Notes under the pieces: generated by a model
Databases searched by the model: none
Seen by the model: the letters and a program-made list of their open reading frames with translations, nothing else
Told to the model about the DNA's origin: nothing
From: an uncultured Atopobium sp.
Lineage (GTDB): Bacteria > Actinomycetota > Coriobacteriia > Coriobacteriales > Atopobiaceae
Assembly: GCA_938015835.1 (NCBI GenBank)
Contig: CALLVW010000030.1
Span: forward strand, 10,527-74,526
DNA: 64,000 nucleotides
Direction: 5' to 3'
Translations under genes and position numbers: made by a program
Shown: one piece after another, positions 1 to 10,799 of the stretch
How positions within the stretch are numbered: the first letter of the stretch is position 1
Layout of the letters: each line of letters opens with the position of its first letter

Positions 1-316
1 CTATCTCATGCTCAACCTCGCGCTGAGGCAAGATGTTAAATCCGCCTGCAAGGCCACGATCAGATGCAATGACTAAGAACAACACGTTCTTCTCGACTTT
101 GTGCGCAGCAAGAAGAGGCTGTTTCTTAGGATTAAAGCTAGCGCTTGCAACGTTTGCAAGCATAAGGGTAATAGCTTCCTTATATGGCGAAGCAGCCTCG
201 GCCCTATCAAGTGCCTTGCGGACACGCGCTGTCGAAATCATCGACATGGTGCGCGTAATCTGCATGGTGCTCCTGATGGAGCTCATACGCCTCGATATTT
301 CGTGAAGGTTCGCCAT
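1..316 (-). CDS. atpG: ATP synthase F1 gamma subunit, N-terminal part (gene continues beyond the window start)
   Basis: Reverse-strand translation from the ATG at 316 gives MANLHEISRRMSSIRSTMQITRTMSMISTARV..., a typical gamma-subunit N-terminus. AGGAG RBS lies at 323-328 on the reverse strand. It sits directly downstream of atpA in the operon. Confidence 0.8.
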   Translation of the reverse strand, partial: MANLHEISRRMSSIRSTMQITRTMSMISTARVRKALDRAEAASPYKEAITLMLANVASASFNPKKQPLLAAHKVEKNVLFLVIASDRGLAGGFNILPQREVEHEI

Positions 317-322
317 TGGTAA

Positions 323-1996
323 TTACTCCTGCAATGAACCCTGGGTTACTGCGTCAAAAGAGCCTGGTGTATCAGAATTAGCTTCTGCCTCATCCACAAC
401 CTTGTTTGGATGCTCTTCCAAGAACTTAGCCTTGAAGTGCTTAATGTGATCACTCAAGCGCTCTGCCTGCTCATCAGAAATCTTTCCGTTGCGCAGAGAA
501 TTGCGGAGCTGTGGGTGATACTCACTCATGTACTGAGCAAGACCATCACGGAAGAGAGCAACGTTCTCAAGATCGACGTCATCAATGAAGTTCTCTTTTG
601 CAGCGTAAATTGCGCAAATCTGGTCAACTACGTCCAGAGCTGAGTAACGTGGCTGCTTGAGAAGCTCCATCATATGAGCACCATGGTTGAGCTGGTACTG
701 CGTAGTTGCATCCAAGTCGGATCCGAACTGCGAGAATGCCTGCTTCTCACGGTAACTTGCAAGGTCCAGACGAAGGGTACCTGCAACCTGCTTCATAGCC
801 TTGACCTGTGCATCGCCACCGACGCGGGATACGGAAATACCTACGTCGACTGCTGGGCGCTGGCCCTGGAAGAAGAGGTTAGACTGCAGATAAATCTGGC
901 CGTCTGTAATGGAAATGACGTTTGTAGGAATGTATGCAGAAACGTCGCCTTCCTGCGTCTCAATAATTGGAAGTGCTGTAAGTGAACCTGCTCCGTTTTC
1001 ATCGGAGAGCTTACATGCACGCTCCAGCAAGCGTGAGTGCAGGTAGAAAATATCACCAGGATATGCCTCACGTCCTGGTGGACGGTGAAGCGTCAGTGAC
1101 ATCTGACGGTATGCAACTGCCTGCTTGGAAAGGTCGTCGTAAACAACAAGAACGTGTCCGCCTGGATGATCTTTGTCAGCAGGCTTTCCGTCCTTATCGT
1201 TATACATAAAGAACTCACCAATAGCAGCACCTGCCATAGGAGCAATGTACTGCATTGGAGCAGAATCAGCTGCGGTAGCTGCAACAATGACGGTCTTGTC
1301 AAGAACACCATGGCGGGAAAGAGACTCGCGGATGTTTGCAACTGTAGACGCCTTCTGACCGATGGCGACATAGATACAAATCATGTCGGTGTTCTTCTGG
1401 TTTACGATTGCGTCAATTGCGATAGCGGTCTTACCGGTCTTACGGTCACCAATGATCAACTCACGCTGACCACGGCCGACAGGAACCATAGCATCAATTG
1501 CGAGAAGACCAGTCTGAACTGGCTCGCAAACAGGCTGACGCTGCATGATGCCAGGAGCCTTGAACTCAATAGGACGACGATGTGTAGCGTGGATAGCACC
1601 AAGTCCATCAATAGGCTGGCCCAGTGGGTTAACAACACGACCAAGCATGTCAAAACCGGCTGGAATATCCATGACGCGGCCGGTTGTACGGCACTCATCG
1701 CCTTCCTTAATCTCAGAAACTTCGCCGAACAAAACAGCGCCGACTGAAGTTTCATCAAGGTTCTGAGCAAGACCGAATACGCTGTGGCCGGTAACGGAGC
1801 TGGTGAACTCCAGCAGCTCGCCTGCCATAGCGCTACGTAGGCCAGCAACGCGAGCGATACCGTCTGCTACCTCAGTAACAGCAGATACCTCTTGCTGGGA
1901 TACGGTTGAATTGACCTTAGAAAGGCGCTCTCTAAGCTGTGCCATGACGGCATCTGAGCTTAGTGTTCCTTCCTGTATGGTGGTCTTATCAGTCAT
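323..1996 (-). CDS. atpA: ATP synthase F1 alpha subunit
   Basis: 557-aa ORF with Walker [20 protein letters not shown] and alpha-subunit conservation throughout. TAA stop at 323-325. Confidence 0.95.
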   Translation of the reverse strand: MTDKTTIQEGTLSSDAVMAQLRERLSKVNSTVSQQEVSAVTEVADGIARVAGLRSAMAGELLEFTSSVTGHSVFGLAQNLDETSVGAVLFGEVSEIKEGDECRTTGRVMDIPAGFDMLGRVVNPLGQPIDGLGAIHATHRRPIEFKAPGIMQRQPVCEPVQTGLLAIDAMVPVGRGQRELIIGDRKTGKTAIAIDAIVNQKNTDMICIYVAIGQKASTVANIRESLSRHGVLDKTVIVAATAADSAPMQYIAPMAGAAIGEFFMYNDKDGKPADKDHPGGHVLVVYDDLSKQAVAYRQMSLTLHRPPGREAYPGDIFYLHSRLLERACKLSDENGAGSLTALPIIETQEGDVSAYIPTNVISITDGQIYLQSNLFFQGQRPAVDVGISVSRVGGDAQVKAMKQVAGTLRLDLASYREKQAFSQFGSDLDATTQYQLNHGAHMMELLKQPRYSALDVVDQICAIYAAKENFIDDVDLENVALFRDGLAQYMSEYHPQLRNSLRNGKISDEQAERLSDHIKHFKAKFLEEHPNKVVDEAEANSDTPGSFDAVTQGSLQE

Positions 1997-2469
1997 TACA
2001 ATTCACTTTCAACGTGATCTGAAGAGAGCCTACTCTTAATGTGAGTGAGCTGTGTCTTTACCGATGCATCATAACGATGATCACGTGCCTCAACAACAAT
2101 GCCACCCAAAATCTTGGGATTAACACGCTCAATGAGATACACCTGAGTGTTGAAGTTCTTCTCGAGCTTCTCGGTGACCTTTGCACGCAACTCATCATCA
2201 AGAGGCATTGTAGTAGTTACCGTTACTGTAAGTGTCTTGTCTTCTTCTTCAAGAAGCTCCTGGAACGTAGCGGCAACATCATTGATAAGGTTGACATCCT
2301 CACTCGCCTGCATAGCACCAAGAGTCTCAAGAACTTCTGGAGAGAACTTCTTTGCATGCTGAACCTGTACGAGGTCTGCAGTTGCACGACCCTCAGCGCG
2401 GCCAGCCTCCAGGAGTGCCCTGGTATAGCCCTCTACTTTTCTGTCTTGATCGTCTTTATTAGTGCTCAT
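1996..2469 (-). CDS. atpH: ATP synthase F1 delta (OSCP) subunit
   Basis: 157 aa, position between atpF and atpA, delta-like C-terminus. Start overlaps the atpA start region (4-nt overlap). Confidence 0.8.
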   Translation of the reverse strand: MSTNKDDQDRKVEGYTRALLEAGRAEGRATADLVQVQHAKKFSPEVLETLGAMQASEDVNLINDVAATFQELLEEEDKTLTVTVTTTMPLDDELRAKVTEKLEKNFNTQVYLIERVNPKILGGIVVEARDHRYDASVKTQLTHIKSRLSSDHVESEL

Positions 2470-3070
2470 CTGGAGTACCTACTTCCGCAAGGTACTTTTC
2501 GGCAAGAGCACGCTGCTGCTCTACTGAAAGCTCGTTGCCAATAATCTTTCCGGCAATATCGACGGCAAGATCAACAACGGAATCAGAAAGCTCAGCCATG
2601 GCATGACGACGCTCAGACTCTACAACGCCCTTACCCTTAGTAATAATCTCGACAGCTTCTGCCTTTGCCTGCTCGATAATACGAGCACGCTCTTCTTCGC
2701 CCTCACGCTTAGCAGCAGAAACAATCTCGTCTGCTTGCTGCTTAGCTGCGTCGATACCAGCTGCTGCGATTTCACGATCCTTGTTGGCTTCCTCGCGAGC
2801 CTTTGCTGCAGCGTCCAGATCGCCTTGGATCTTCTCTTGACGCTTGTCAAGCATACGTAGAACGGAAGGCCATACAAACTTTGCTACAACAGCAAAGATG
2901 ATCAGAAACGCAATCAGAGCAGGAACAAACTCAGCGGGCTTTGGAAGAAGAATATCGGCACCACTTGCACCCTCTTCAGCAAGTGCGACTGAGGGAGCCA
3001 TTGCCACAAGTAGAGCAGCAGTTGCGCCTACTGTGCTGGCTTTTTTAACTCCCTTACAAATCGTATTCAT
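2459..3070 (-). CDS. atpF: ATP synthase Fo subunit b
   Basis: N-terminal TM helix followed by a long charged coiled-coil, typical of subunit b. The track ORF starts at TTG 3082. The ATG at 3070 is preceded by a GGAGG RBS and is the likely start. Confidence 0.8.
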   Translation of the reverse strand: MNTICKGVKKASTVGATAALLVAMAPSVALAEEGASGADILLPKPAEFVPALIAFLIIFAVVAKFVWPSVLRMLDKRQEKIQGDLDAAAKAREEANKDREIAAAGIDAAKQQADEIVSAAKREGEEERARIIEQAKAEAVEIITKGKGVVESERRHAMAELSDSVVDLAVDIAGKIIGNELSVEQQRALAEKYLAEVGTPDEH

Positions 3071-3112
3071 GCATTCCTCCAACGTAGCGTTTTCGCTGTT
3101 ACAAACAGTAAT

Positions 3113-3346
3113 TTACTTAACCATCAAGGTAACAACGAAGCCAATTAGGGTAAGTGCCTCGATGAATGCGCAGCCAAGAATAAAGACTGTGAAGAGACGA
3201 CCCTGAACCTCAGGCTGACGAGCCATGTTGTTAGCGGCACTCGTTGCTACGACGCTAATACAAATTGCTGCTCCCATAACGCAAAGAGCATATCCGAAAA
3301 TACCCACGATTCCTCCTTTTTCGCTCGCCCCTCTCAAGGCGACCAA
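3113..3346 (-). CDS. atpE: ATP synthase Fo subunit c
   Basis: Two-helix hairpin protein GIFGYALCVMGAAI...ARQPE...FIEALTLIGFVV. An alternative internal GTG start near 3307 has a strong AAGGAGG RBS, so the true N-terminus is uncertain. Confidence 0.85.
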   Translation of the reverse strand: MVALRGASEKGGIVGIFGYALCVMGAAICISVVATSAANNMARQPEVQGRLFTVFILGCAFIEALTLIGFVVTLMVK

Positions 3347-3445
3347 TATACATACCTATCATCAACTGAGCGTGGGCTCAGATGACTTCATCTTTTGTGC
3401 CGTTTGGCACCACAGTGTGGCAATGCCACCAACTAAGCGTTTTGC

Positions 3446-4246
3446 TTAGTGTTCAGACTCTACCAGCTGGATGTAGACAGTAGAGAGTAGGGTAAAAACG
3501 TATGCCTGAATGAAAGCAACAATAGTTTCTACCAAGTAAATGATAATCAACAGCAAGATCCAGAAAATCGAAAATCCTGCCTGGGCGGCTGTTGATGCGG
3601 AGAAGTTCTCAATCGCTGGCATAAAGTACATAGATGCAAGAATTGCAAACGTACCCATAACGATGTGACCTGCATACATGTTGCAGAACAGACGGACAGC
3701 CAGAGTAACCAGACGAAGGAATGTTGAGAAGACCTCAATAACCCAGATAACTGCTGCGATAACAGGATTAACGCCCTTTGGTGCAAGACTCAAGATGTAA
3801 CCAATAACACCCATCTTTTTTGCACCTACATACATAAAGTATCCAAGGGAGCAAAGACCAAGAGCGGCGGTGACACCAATGGTGCCAGTACCTGGGTGTG
3901 CGCCAGGAATAAGGCCAATAATGTTGTTGATCAGAATAAACATAAACATGGTAATCAAGAATGGGAAGTGTGTGCGCCACGTTTCTCCAAGAGAAGCTTT
4001 GCAGACGTCATCTCTGATGTACTCAATCAGATACTCAACACCATTAACAAAGCGTCCCTGAGGAGCAATGCTCTCTGCCTGCTTCTTCTTAAACCTAAAG
4101 CAGACAATCAGAAAAATCACAGCAGCGATTAAGAAATAGAAAATGTAGTTCGTGAAACCAAAGGTGGTGTTACCAACCAATGCGTGTGGCAAAAAACTTT
4201 CGAGCAGCTCGGCCATCTCTGCTGGCAACTGCGCAAGAACATCCAC
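3446..4246 (-). CDS. atpB: ATP synthase Fo subunit a
   Basis: 266-aa polytopic membrane protein at the head of the atp operon. Start is a GTG with an upstream GGGAGG. Confidence 0.85.
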   Translation of the reverse strand: MDVLAQLPAEMAELLESFLPHALVGNTTFGFTNYIFYFLIAAVIFLIVCFRFKKKQAESIAPQGRFVNGVEYLIEYIRDDVCKASLGETWRTHFPFLITMFMFILINNIIGLIPGAHPGTGTIGVTAALGLCSLGYFMYVGAKKMGVIGYILSLAPKGVNPVIAAVIWVIEVFSTFLRLVTLAVRLFCNMYAGHIVMGTFAILASMYFMPAIENFSASTAAQAGFSIFWILLLIIIYLVETIVAFIQAYVFTLLSTVYIQLVESEH

Positions 4247-4758
4247 TCTGTCTCAACCTCCCCATACAATCTGCAACCATTTCAGATTGCCCGTCACTGC
4301 TCAGCATACTTGAAACGCAACGTAAGATGCCAAGAATATGCCACTTGGAGTATATTATCTACCACTCGGCGTGCATATTTGCGACGAACGGCGATACTAG
4401 CACTAAATGAATGCATAGTCACGATTACAAAATCAAATAATTGACTTATGCTCAAACTCTCACATTACTGACACATTTCGTGTTAGCTGCCGTTATTGAT
4501 TCATTCAACTATAACACTTATAAGCTGCTGTTATGTTGCGTTTTTCTCGATAGATATAGTTATGTCCAGATAAAAATAGTTGTATCAATATCCCCTGTTA
4601 TTTGCAAAGTTTTTGATATGTGCCAACTGTTATTTCTTCTCGTAAAGTGATGATTTGAAAAGAAAAATGATCCAGTACACACGTTATGTGAGCGCTGGAT
4701 CAAGTACTAACGTACGTATTCGCAACTATATTAAATTGCGAGAAAGGCGATGAGCTCC

Positions 4759-5403
4759 TTACTTGGTACCGTAAATGCGGTCACCTGCGTCGCCGAGACC
4801 TGGAAGGATGTAGGCATTTGGGCTCAGCTGACGATCAACGGTGCAGGTGTAGAGGCGTACCTCTGGGTCAAAGTCCAGAGTTGCCTTGACGCCCTCAGGG
4901 CAAGAAACAATAGTCAGGCAACGAATGTCCTTGACACCTGCTTCACGCAGGAACTGAATAGCAGCAGTTAGAGAGCCGCCGGTTGCTAGCATTGGGTCAA
5001 CAACCAGGCAGGTACGGTTCTCAATGTCTGCAGGGAACTTGCAGTAATACTGGTGAGGAAGATGGGTCTCTGGATCACGGTACATACCAACATGGCCAAC
5101 GCGAGCAGATGGAACCAGCTCAAGAATGCCGTCAACCATACCAAGGCCAGCACGAAGAATTGGAATAATAGCAACCTTCTTACCAGCAATACGCTTAGCA
5201 GTCATGGTCTCAAGAGGAGTCTCTACCTCGACGTCCTCAAGTGGGAAGTCGCGCATTGCCTCGTAGCTCTCAAGAATTGCAAGCTCGTTGACAAGCTCAC
5301 GGAACTGCTTAGTGGTGGTTGTCTTGTCACGAAGAATGTGAAGCTTGTGCTGAACTAGTGGGTGGTCAACAACCGTAAGTCTGGACTCATCGTAATCTGC
5401 CAT
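4759..5403 (-). CDS. upp: uracil phosphoribosyltransferase
   Basis: 214 aa. Starts MADYDESRLTVVDHPLVQHKL, has a PRPP-binding loop VVDPMLATGGS and ends GLGDAGDRIYGTK. Confidence 0.9.
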   Translation of the reverse strand: MADYDESRLTVVDHPLVQHKLHILRDKTTTTKQFRELVNELAILESYEAMRDFPLEDVEVETPLETMTAKRIAGKKVAIIPILRAGLGMVDGILELVPSARVGHVGMYRDPETHLPHQYYCKFPADIENRTCLVVDPMLATGGSLTAAIQFLREAGVKDIRCLTIVSCPEGVKATLDFDPEVRLYTCTVDRQLSPNAYILPGLGDAGDRIYGTK

Positions 5404-5525
5404 AATGCTCCCTCCAAGAGCTTGACCTGCGCTTTATTTGAATGTCTGCAACTATATCCTAGACGTACATTCCGTGCAGGTTTGTGTATGTATTGCTTAG
5501 ACAGCACCGTTTATGTGCTGTTTAC

Positions 5526-5990
5526 TTACTCAGCGTCAACACCCTTAAAGTTAGGGTCATCCTCACGCATGATCTTCTCGACACGTCCAGTGTGGCGGCC
5601 ACCTGCAAACTCGGTGCTCAGGAAGGTGTCCACAATAGCCTCGTTGACAGCAAGATCAGTGAATCGACCAGAAAGGCCAATGACGTTTGCGTTATTGTGC
5701 TCACGAGCAAGCTCTGCAAACTGAACAGTCTGAACAGGAGTAGCGCGAATACCAGGGACTTTATCAGCAGTCATAGCAATGCCAATGCCGGTGCCACAAA
5801 TCAGAACACCGCGATCTGCCTTGCCTGCTGCGACTGCGCGAGCAACCTTATCTGCAAAATCAGGGTAATCAACACGGTCGTCATTTGCTGGTCCAAAGTC
5901 CAAAACCTCATGACCAAGCGACTTAATGTGCTCAACGATAGGATCTTTCTGGATAAAGCCAGCGTGATCGGAACCAACTGCAATACGCAT
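5526..5990 (-). CDS. rpiB: ribose-5-phosphate isomerase B
   Basis: MRIAVGSDHAGF...VLICGTGIGIAMTADK is an RpiB/LacAB signature. The ATG at 5990 is preceded by GAGGAGGA; the longer track ORF start looks spurious. Confidence 0.85.
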   Translation of the reverse strand: MRIAVGSDHAGFIQKDPIVEHIKSLGHEVLDFGPANDDRVDYPDFADKVARAVAAGKADRGVLICGTGIGIAMTADKVPGIRATPVQTVQFAELAREHNNANVIGLSGRFTDLAVNEAIVDTFLSTEFAGGRHTGRVEKIMREDDPNFKGVDAE

Positions 5991-6082
5991 ACGTATCCTC
6001 CTCAGAAAATTCACTCCTATAGAGAGTACCGCATGCAGGCAAAAGCTGCAGCCAAAACACATAAAAGGGATAGGATTTTTAT

Positions 6083-6730
6083 CTATTTTGCAAATCCCGC
6101 AGTGGCGAGAATGTCCTCGGTTGTGATGGCGCCTTCGCGTAAAATGCGCGGCTCATCACCTGTGCAGTCAACAATGGTCGACGCAATAGCAAGGGGCGCC
6201 GGACCTCCATCAAGCGTCAAATCTGCCTGCTCAATAAGGCCTGCTTCAAGGCCACATCCATCAACTGCAGAAGGAGCCCCGTGCGTGTTGGCGCTGGTAG
6301 TAGCCAAAGGGCATCCAAGCTGCTGTGTAATCTGACATACTAGAGGTGAGTTGGGCATACGGAGCGCAATGGTTCTGTTATCTGGCAAGACGTACTCATC
6401 AGGAACGTTCTCTGATGCAGTAACTACCAGCGTAAGAGCTCCTGGCCAATAGGCTTCTACCAGCTTATTTGCCCAGCTGTGCGTAATGTGAGCGTACTTC
6501 TGCAGGTCGGATTTACTGCCCACAAGCCATGGAAGTGTCTGCGTTGAGGGACGCTGTTTAATCTCAAAAATACGGTTATGACCAGGGTTTTGAGGAGTTG
6601 CAACTGCGCCAATGCCATAGACAGAATCGGTAGGCATGATAAGCACGCCACCACGACGCGCCACCTCAACTGCTAAAGAAACTACAGATGCATCCGGATT
6701 CATCTGATCAACTTTGATGTACTCGCCCAT
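6083..6730 (-). CDS. tsaC: L-threonylcarbamoyladenylate synthase (YrdC/Sua5 family)
   Basis: VYGIGA...TSAN motifs of the YrdC domain. Conserved prfA-prmC-sua5 neighbourhood. Confidence 0.8.
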   Translation of the reverse strand: MGEYIKVDQMNPDASVVSLAVEVARRGGVLIMPTDSVYGIGAVATPQNPGHNRIFEIKQRPSTQTLPWLVGSKSDLQKYAHITHSWANKLVEAYWPGALTLVVTASENVPDEYVLPDNRTIALRMPNSPLVCQITQQLGCPLATTSANTHGAPSAVDGCGLEAGLIEQADLTLDGGPAPLAIASTIVDCTGDEPRILREGAITTEDILATAGFAK

Positions 6731-6805
6731 GAAACCCTCGACTCATTGTTGTGTGCCGCACGGCGTTACGTGTTACACAGATTTTCTCGCCAGGCGGCTG
6801 AAGTG

Positions 6806-7699
6806 CTACTTTGCTAGGTGCGCCACAAGAATGCGCGGCCTGTGCGTCAGATCCTCTTTGACCTCAACGGACTCCCACACGCCCTGCTCCTCGGCAAGGT
6901 GCGCCGCCTTGTCCAGATGCCCCTCGTAGAGCTCAACGCAGAGCATACCACCAGGTAAAAGCATATGTGGAGCAGCCTCGAGCAATCGCCTATAGACGTC
7001 CAGACCGTCCTCTCCTCCGTCAAGCGCCAGCTCAGGCTCAAAACCCTTGACCTCAGCAGGTACCTCCTGCTCAAGCACGCGTGTGGGAATGTAGGGCGGA
7101 TTAGACACCAACACCGAGAAGGACTGTGAAAGCTCTGCGGGCACACCTTCTACCAAGTCACACTCAATGAGCTCCACGCGCTCTTGGAGGTCCAGGGCAT
7201 CTCTGTTGCGAGTTGCCAGCGCAATCGCCTGAGGAGAAAGATCTGTAGCGTAGACGCGCGTCTGTGGGCGCTCAGTAGCAATAGAGAGCGATATGCAGCC
7301 CGTTCCTACGCCAACCTCAAGCACGCGCACTTCTCCGTCAGCGTTTGGAGTTGCCTCGTCAACACCTGATAGCGCAACGTCTACCAGCACCTCTGTCTCT
7401 GGTCGTGGGATAAGCACGCCTGGCTCGCAAGTAAGAACCAGGTGCCTAAAGGGCATCTCGCCCGTCACGTACTGGAGCGGCTCCCCTTCTGCACGGCGCT
7501 TAATTGCCTCGCGCATGCGAGTGCGCTCATCCGCAGAAAGCGGCTTGTCAAAGTTGGTGTAGAGCTGAACGCGAGAAAGGCCTGTCACCGCAGACAAAAG
7601 CCATTCTGCAGAAAGACGTGGATGCTCATCACCCTTCTTTTCCAAGTGCTGAGTAGTCCACGTCAAAATTTTCTGGATTGTCCAAACTTCATCTGTCAT
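6806..7699 (-). CDS. prmC: release factor glutamine N5-methyltransferase
   Basis: SAM-dependent methyltransferase with NPPY motif (VLVSNPPYIP), immediately downstream of prfA. Confidence 0.85.
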   Translation of the reverse strand: MTDEVWTIQKILTWTTQHLEKKGDEHPRLSAEWLLSAVTGLSRVQLYTNFDKPLSADERTRMREAIKRRAEGEPLQYVTGEMPFRHLVLTCEPGVLIPRPETEVLVDVALSGVDEATPNADGEVRVLEVGVGTGCISLSIATERPQTRVYATDLSPQAIALATRNRDALDLQERVELIECDLVEGVPAELSQSFSVLVSNPPYIPTRVLEQEVPAEVKGFEPELALDGGEDGLDVYRRLLEAAPHMLLPGGMLCVELYEGHLDKAAHLAEEQGVWESVEVKEDLTHRPRILVAHLAK

Positions 7700-7711
7700 G
7701 AAGTTTGCACC

Positions 7712-8779
7712 TTAAACAGCCTGAGCGAGTTTCTCGGCACGCTCTGCTGCAGCAAGAGCCTCAATAACGGATGGCAGCGTATCGCCCAGAAGAACGCCAT
7801 TGTAGGTGCCGTTGAAGCCAACGCGGTGGTCGGTTACGCGGTCCTGTGGCTGGTTATAGGTACGAATCTTCTCGGAACGTGCGCCATGGCCAATCTGGGA
7901 AAGACGCTCTGCACCCTGCTCAGCCTGCTGACGCTCCAGCTCCATCTCGTAGAGGCGTGCACGGAGCATCTGCATACAAACCTCGCGGTTCTGAATCTGA
8001 GAACGCTGATCCTGAGACTGAACAACGGTATTTGTTGGCAGGTGAGTAATACGAACTGCGGAATACGTGGTGTTAACGCACTGACCACCAGGGCCAGATG
8101 CGCAGTAGGTATCAATACGCAGGTCTTCCTGGTTGATCTGAATATCAATCTCGTCAGCCTCTGGGAGAACTGCAACGGTTGCGGTTGAGGTCTGAATGCG
8201 GCCCTGAGACTCAGTCTTAGGAACGCGCTGAACACGGTGAACACCGGATTCATACTTCATAACTGAATAGACCTTATCGCCTGTGACCTTGAACTCAATA
8301 GTCTTAAAGCCGCCTGCCTCAGAAGGTGAGCTGGACAGAATCTCTGTCTTCCAACCACGAGCCTCGGCAAAGCGCTCATACATCTTGAAGAGGTCACCTG
8401 CAAAGATTGCCGCCTCATCGCCACCAACACCAGCGCGAATCTCAACGATAGTGTCCTTCTCGTCATTTGGATCGCCTGGGATCAGCATGACCTTGATCTC
8501 ATCCTCAAGCTGAGGGAGCATCTCTTCATTAGCAGCAATATCTTCCTGTAGCATCTCTTTTTCTTCTGGATCAGAAGTGGCGTTGAGAAGCTCTTTTGCA
8601 GCCTCGATGTCATCAAGGGCAGTGATGTACTTGTTGGCGTGAGCAACCAAATCTGCCTGATTAGAGTGCTCTTTTGCCACGCGAGCATACTCTTTTGGAT
8701 CAGAGACAACAGCTGGGTCTGCAAGCTTTTGCTCAAGCTCAGCATAGGCCTCGACGATTTTTTCTAGCTTGTCACGCAT
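7712..8779 (-). CDS. prfA: peptide chain release factor 1
   Basis: GGQ motif (SGPGGQCVNTTYSAVRITHLPT) and RF1-type recognition region. The ATG at 8779 (MRDKLEKI...) has an AGGAG RBS. The track ORF extends to 8869. Confidence 0.9.
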   Translation of the reverse strand: MRDKLEKIVEAYAELEQKLADPAVVSDPKEYARVAKEHSNQADLVAHANKYITALDDIEAAKELLNATSDPEEKEMLQEDIAANEEMLPQLEDEIKVMLIPGDPNDEKDTIVEIRAGVGGDEAAIFAGDLFKMYERFAEARGWKTEILSSSPSEAGGFKTIEFKVTGDKVYSVMKYESGVHRVQRVPKTESQGRIQTSTATVAVLPEADEIDIQINQEDLRIDTYCASGPGGQCVNTTYSAVRITHLPTNTVVQSQDQRSQIQNREVCMQMLRARLYEMELERQQAEQGAERLSQIGHGARSEKIRTYNQPQDRVTDHRVGFNGTYNGVLLGDTLPSVIEALAAAERAEKLAQAV

Positions 8780-8993
8780 TCTTGCTCCTAAGATAAGTGC
8801 CTCGTGCGCGCTTGGCTCATTGACATGCGGCCAAACTGTTGCAAAGCTGCTTGCGAGGTGAGAATTCAACTAAAGAAGTGTACCACCACTAGGCGGTTTT
8901 TAAACCGATACCTCCCTATCTGCACAGGATGAGAGTACACAAGTTACATAATTGTGAGAAAATTACAGCAGGTTCATACGGTAATGAGGCGCT

Positions 8994-10724
8994 ATGACTT
9001 CTAAGAACAAAACTTCACAACCAGATAACACGCCTGCTGCAGAGGACACCTCTTCTGATCAGAAGACCCTTGATGCCCAGGCTGCTGAGGCAGTTGACAC
9101 CGCTGGCGAGAAGACCGACGAGCTTGAAGAGGTCACCGACCCTATTGCTGCTGACATGGCTGCCGCTGACGAAGACTACATCATGGAAATTGTCAGCCCC
9201 ATCTTTCCTGGTCTAGACGAAGGCGGCGAAGAGGACGAGGATGACTCAGCTTCAGATGAAGACTCTCCTGAAAACGACGCAGATAGCACCACTGACCTGG
9301 AGAAAATCGTAAACGATGCAGCTCTGACACAGGACCTTTCTGCTGTAGAAGCTCGCCTCAAAGAGCTTGAAGAGAACACTCACGAACATGCAGAGGCTGA
9401 AGCTACTGAAGCTTCTGTCAAAAATGCTGCTGACACGAGTAATGCAACCTCTGACGATGACGCAACGTCTATAAAAGATGTTGCTGATACGTTCTCAAGC
9501 TATCTTCGCAGCAGGCGTCGTGCGCTGTTTAGGTTTGTACGCCGCTACAGCCTGCTTTCTGGCATTCTTGCTCTTTTAAGTCTTGCTCTTTTATCTGCAG
9601 TTATCGTGTTCTTTATTCGCGTGAGCAACGTTCCTTCAACTGATACTGTTATTGCTGATGCGCGCACACGCGTTGAGGCACCAGCCTGGACTCCTGGTGA
9701 ATATGATGCTGATGAGTCCTTACTCCTTACGGGCATTGAAGTTGTGTCTCGCACAAGAAGTACCACGGCAATCTCAAGTGATGCCGCGCAGTTTGGTGCG
9801 ACGGGCTACGCCAACTCTGTAGTACGCCTTACCTATACAGGTAATGCAATTGCTGCTACAAAGATGACCAAACTTGGATACGCAAATACCCAGGGCTGGA
9901 ACGCTATCGGTGACGAAGAATCACAATCTGTTACCTACCAGGCAACTTCGGGCGTTTCCACCACAAAAGTCCTTGACGCTATTGGCGATGTGCTAGCAAA
10001 ACTTGATGAGAAAAATCCTAACGAAGCTATTTCTTATAGCTCGCAGTTCTCTAGCGCAACCTTCACTGTTCTTGATGCGGGCTTTGACCGTGAACAGCAA
10101 ACCTGCTGGGTAAGAATGTCGGGTGTTTCACCAACCTTCTTTGGTTCGCTCACCTGCGAAATTACCGCCTCATTTACCTTTGATGCTTCTACGGGTACCT
10201 GGGCGTTGGACACAGCCAACCCCTCGGCAGGACTTAAGTACGACTACAGCGGACTCGTAGGAACGTGGAAGGGTTCCTTTGTCAGCTGCGAAGCAAGCAG
10301 CGGAAGCCCTTGCTATGCTGGTCGAACCAATCCTTTAACGTTGACGGTAACGGCTGCAGGTTTTTCTCGCGATCAGCTCGTGCTTACGGCAACCGCAGGG
10401 GGTGTTGTGCACAACCATGGAGCACTCAACACCTCGTATCGTTGGTATCCCGGTGATACTGAGTTCAAAAACGCTTCTGTCTCTCTTGCAACTTCAGGAA
10501 CTATCGGAGAACAAATTCAGGTTTCTGGAACGGTCGATGTAACCAATGCAAACCTGGATGCTCATTCTGCTTCTAATGCGGCTCTCGCCACACCTCAAAA
10601 GCCACAATTGAAGGTCACTTTTGATATTGCCAACAGAAGCGTTGTGGCTCAGCTTATTTCCACTTACACAGAAAATGGTCAGACAGTTACCTTTACTGAT
10701 ACCTATCAGCTCTCTAAAGAGTAA
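8994..10724 (+). CDS. hypothetical membrane protein: acidic disordered N-terminus, one TM helix, Thr/Ser-rich extracytoplasmic domain
   Basis: 576 aa. About 160 aa of D/E-rich low-complexity sequence, an Arg-rich juxtamembrane stretch (RSRRRALFRFVRRYS), a hydrophobic helix (LLSGILALLSLALLSAVIVFFI), then a Thr/Ser/Gly-rich domain. GAGG RBS. Confidence 0.6.
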   Translation: MTSKNKTSQPDNTPAAEDTSSDQKTLDAQAAEAVDTAGEKTDELEEVTDPIAADMAAADEDYIMEIVSPIFPGLDEGGEEDEDDSASDEDSPENDADSTTDLEKIVNDAALTQDLSAVEARLKELEENTHEHAEAEATEASVKNAADTSNATSDDDATSIKDVADTFSSYLRSRRRALFRFVRRYSLLSGILALLSLALLSAVIVFFIRVSNVPSTDTVIADARTRVEAPAWTPGEYDADESLLLTGIEVVSRTRSTTAISSDAAQFGATGYANSVVRLTYTGNAIAATKMTKLGYANTQGWNAIGDEESQSVTYQATSGVSTTKVLDAIGDVLAKLDEKNPNEAISYSSQFSSATFTVLDAGFDREQQTCWVRMSGVSPTFFGSLTCEITASFTFDASTGTWALDTANPSAGLKYDYSGLVGTWKGSFVSCEASSGSPCYAGRTNPLTLTVTAAGFSRDQLVLTATAGGVVHNHGALNTSYRWYPGDTEFKNASVSLATSGTIGEQIQVSGTVDVTNANLDAHSASNAALATPQKPQLKVTFDIANRSVVAQLISTYTENGQTVTFTDTYQLSKE

Positions 10725-10728
10725 AAAT

Positions 10729-10765
10729 AATCCCGTCAGGCCGAGTCGTTCCTGACGGGATTTCT
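10729..10765. terminator. bidirectional intrinsic terminator between convergent genes
   Basis: TCCCGTCAGG-loop-CCTGACGGGA 10-bp stem with an A-run upstream and a T-run downstream. Confidence 0.75.
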
Positions 10766-10799
10766 ATCATCAAATTACGAAAAGTGCGAAAGCTTGTTA

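Noticed and set aside
1154-1747. 197-aa ORF antisense to atpA, plus many similar antisense ORFs (e.g. 25671-26921 opposite nifJ, 12117-12953 opposite PTS IID, 5484-6335, 7442-8188, 46334-47158, 19514-20167, 29475-29969)
   Set aside because: All lie fully inside strongly supported genes on the other strand. They have low-complexity or Cys/Arg-rich composition and lack RBSs. They are shadow ORFs.
4247-4758. About 510-bp AT-rich gap between upp and atpB, possibly hiding an atpI or small gene
   Set aside because: Only AT-rich, low-complexity small ORFs without RBSs (e.g. 4441-4650). Best interpreted as the atp operon promoter and leader region.
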